A DNA stretch of 64,000 nucleotides from an uncultured Actinomycetota bacterium (lineage in GTDB: Bacteria; Actinomycetota; Actinomycetes; Mycobacteriales; CADCTP01). Each line of letters begins with the position of its first letter. The stretch's first letter is position 1. The position numbers were made by a program, and so were the translations under genes. Below, piece by piece: positions 62,708 to 64,000 of the stretch. The notes beneath the pieces were generated by a model. The model saw nothing but the letters and a program-made list of their open reading frames with translations, was not told the DNA's origin and ran no database searches. The DNA is taken from assembly GCA_963714145.1 (NCBI GenBank), contig OY970235.1:2961722-3025721 (forward strand). The letters run 5' to 3'.

Positions 62708-64000
62708 ATGGCAACTATTGGGGGAGGGAAACGGCCGGGTGGGTCCGTAGACTCGCTCGACGTGGAGACGGCTGTGGCCGACCCGCTCACGGGGCAGGTG
62801 CTCGATCGGCGTTACCAGGTCGGGGGCCGGATCGCGCGCGGCGGCATGTCAGTGGTGTACGCCGGAGTCGACCTCCGGCTGGATCGCCAGGTCGCGATCA
62901 AGGTGATGGACGCCACACTGGCCCGCGACCCGGCGTTCGTCGACCGGTTCACCCGGGAGGCGAAGTCGGCGGCCAAGCTCGGGCACCCGAACGCGGTCGC
63001 CGTGTACGACCAGGGCGCCGACGGCGGGCACGTGTTCCTGGTGATGGAACTGGTCCGCGGCCGGACCCTGCGCGACCTGCTGGCCGAGCGCGGCCCGCTG
63101 CCGCCGGACACCGCGGTCTCGCTGCTGGAGCCGGTGCTGGCGGTGCTCGCCGCGGCGCACCGGTCCGGCCTGGTGCACCGGGACGTGAAGCCGGAGAACG
63201 TGCTGCTCTCCGACGACGGCGTGGTCAAGGTGGCCGACTTCGGGCTGGCCCGGGCGGTGGCCGCGGCCAGCACCAGCACCCAGTCCGGGGTGGTCTTCGG
63301 CACCGCCGGCTACCTGGCCCCGGAGCAGGTCGCGCAGGGCCGGGCCGACCAGCGTTCGGACGTCTACTCCGCCGGCATCCTGCTGTACGAGCTGCTCACC
63401 GGGGTCGTGCCGTACCACGGCGACTCCGCGGTGGCGATCGCCTACCGGCACGTGCACGAGGACGTACCGGCGCCGTCGGTGGCCGTCCCCGGCATCCCGG
63501 CCCCGCTGGACGCGCTGGTGCTGCGGGCCACCCGGCGTGACCCGGCCGCCCGGCCCGCCGACGCGGGCGCGTTCCTGGCCCAGCTGGGCGCGGTCCGCGC
63601 CGAACTGGGGCTGCGCCGGGTGCAGCTGCCGATCCGCACCGGCCGGCTGCCGCGTCCGCTGCCCGGGCCGGCCGGGCTGGCCGTCCCGACCGGGCGGGCC
63701 GGCACGCCGCTCGGTGCCGACTGGATCGCCGGGCGGCGCCACGGCGAGCACAACGTGACCGCGGCGCTGCCCCGGCTGGCCGGCGGCCCGCCGAGCCCCG
63801 CGCCCGCCGACCGCCCCGGCGCCCGGCCGCGGACCAACCGGGAGCAGCGGGCGCACCGCCGGCGGCTGATCGTCGGGCTGATCGCGGTGCTGCTGCTCGG
63901 CGCGACGGCCGCCGGCGCGGCCTGGTGGTACGGCAGCGGCCGGTTCGTCTCGGTGCCGCCGCTGTCCGGGCTGACCAAGCAGGAGGTGATCAACCAGGCC
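62708..64000 (+). CDS. Hanks-type Ser/Thr protein kinase (PknL-like by synteny), runs off the right edge
   Basis: Absent from the ORF track because it is truncated. My translation gives YQVGGRIARGGMSVVYAG...AIKV, HRDVKPENVLL, DFGLA and GTAGYLAPEQ, then a TM segment (LIVGLIAVLLLGATAAGAAWW) and the start of an extracellular domain. ATG 62708 and in-frame GTG 62762 are both possible starts. Confidence 0.88.
   Translation, partial: MATIGGGKRPGGSVDSLDVETAVADPLTGQVLDRRYQVGGRIARGGMSVVYAGVDLRLDRQVAIKVMDATLARDPAFVDRFTREAKSAAKLGHPNAVAVYDQGADGGHVFLVMELVRGRTLRDLLAERGPLPPDTAVSLLEPVLAVLAAAHRSGLVHRDVKPENVLLSDDGVVKVADFGLARAVAAASTSTQSGVVFGTAGYLAPEQVAQGRADQRSDVYSAGILLYELLTGVVPYHGDSAVAIAYRHVHEDVPAPSVAVPGIPAPLDALVLRATRRDPAARPADAGAFLAQLGAVRAELGLRRVQLPIRTGRLPRPLPGPAGLAVPTGRAGTPLGADWIAGRRHGEHNVTAALPRLAGGPPSPAPADRPGARPRTNREQRAHRRRLIVGLIAVLLLGATAAGAAWWYGSGRFVSVPPLSGLTKQEVINQA

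Noticed and set aside
1-64000. tRNA, rRNA, transposase, integrase or prophage genes, and genomic-island boundaries.
   Set aside because: I found no tRNA-like T-loop/acceptor patterns, no IS or integrase-like ORFs, and no large compositional shift. Apart from short intergenic patches, the window looks like core chromosome.

Overview
This is a very GC-rich actinobacterial chromosome segment. Its gene content looks Micromonosporaceae-like, but the taxon cannot be proven from the sequence alone.

**Backbone.** The window follows the conserved division/cell-wall (dcw) neighbourhood that I recall from Mycobacterium tuberculosis Rv2153c-Rv2176. On the minus strand it runs murG-ftsW-murD-mraY-murF-murE-ftsI-ftsL-like-rsmH-mraZ. 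Further on come DUF3040, dinB, a GNAT, metF, mannosyltransferases, an Rv2175c-like regulator and a PknL-like kinase.

**Embedded modules.**
- A MoxR/DUF58/transglutaminase triad (17.3-22.2 kb).
- A complete divergent sulfate-assimilation/siroheme regulon (26.7-36.9 kb): cysG, a NitT/TauT-type ABC importer, cysN, cysD and cysC on one side; sulfite reductase, a Zn-ribbon gene and cysH on the other.
- Carotenoid subclusters: a tailoring operon at 39.6-44.6 kb, crtI...crtB at 48.7-54.6 kb, and a split lycopene cyclase at 54.5-55.2 kb.
- A fragmented thiamine locus: thiS-thiE at 55.2-56.2 kb, and thiG-thiH at 59.4-61.4 kb behind a TPP riboswitch.

I found no rRNA, tRNA, CRISPR, transposase or integrase.

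**Most interesting signals.**
1. Two tandem 80-bp units build an ATGA-overlap relay of identical 27-codon mini-ORFs in front of cysH. A related junction sits at rsmH/ftsL.
2. Thirteen 20-bp-phased GGTGA/TCACC boxes lie in two opposed arrays upstream of mraZ. Four GTGGN boxes at exact 10-bp phasing lie next to the mraZ start.
3. thiH has no canonical start codon upstream of its radical-SAM motif. A CTG with a good Shine-Dalgarno (SD) sequence is the likely start.
4. An ATGA-coupled pair (a small protein plus an HEPN-like protein) sits beside dinB, flanked by a hairpin-containing repeat family.
5. A palindromic operator-like array precedes the carotenoid tailoring operon.
6. Two MptA/MptB-like GT-C membrane proteins are translationally coupled into crtB.
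7. In-frame tandem repeats (15-90 bp) are unusually dense in the termini of FtsW, FtsI, MurE, a GT87 protein and a CruF-like protein.

**Limits.** Many long ORFs in the track are antisense or alternate-frame artefacts of the GC content. All start codons were chosen by hand and are less certain than the gene calls.
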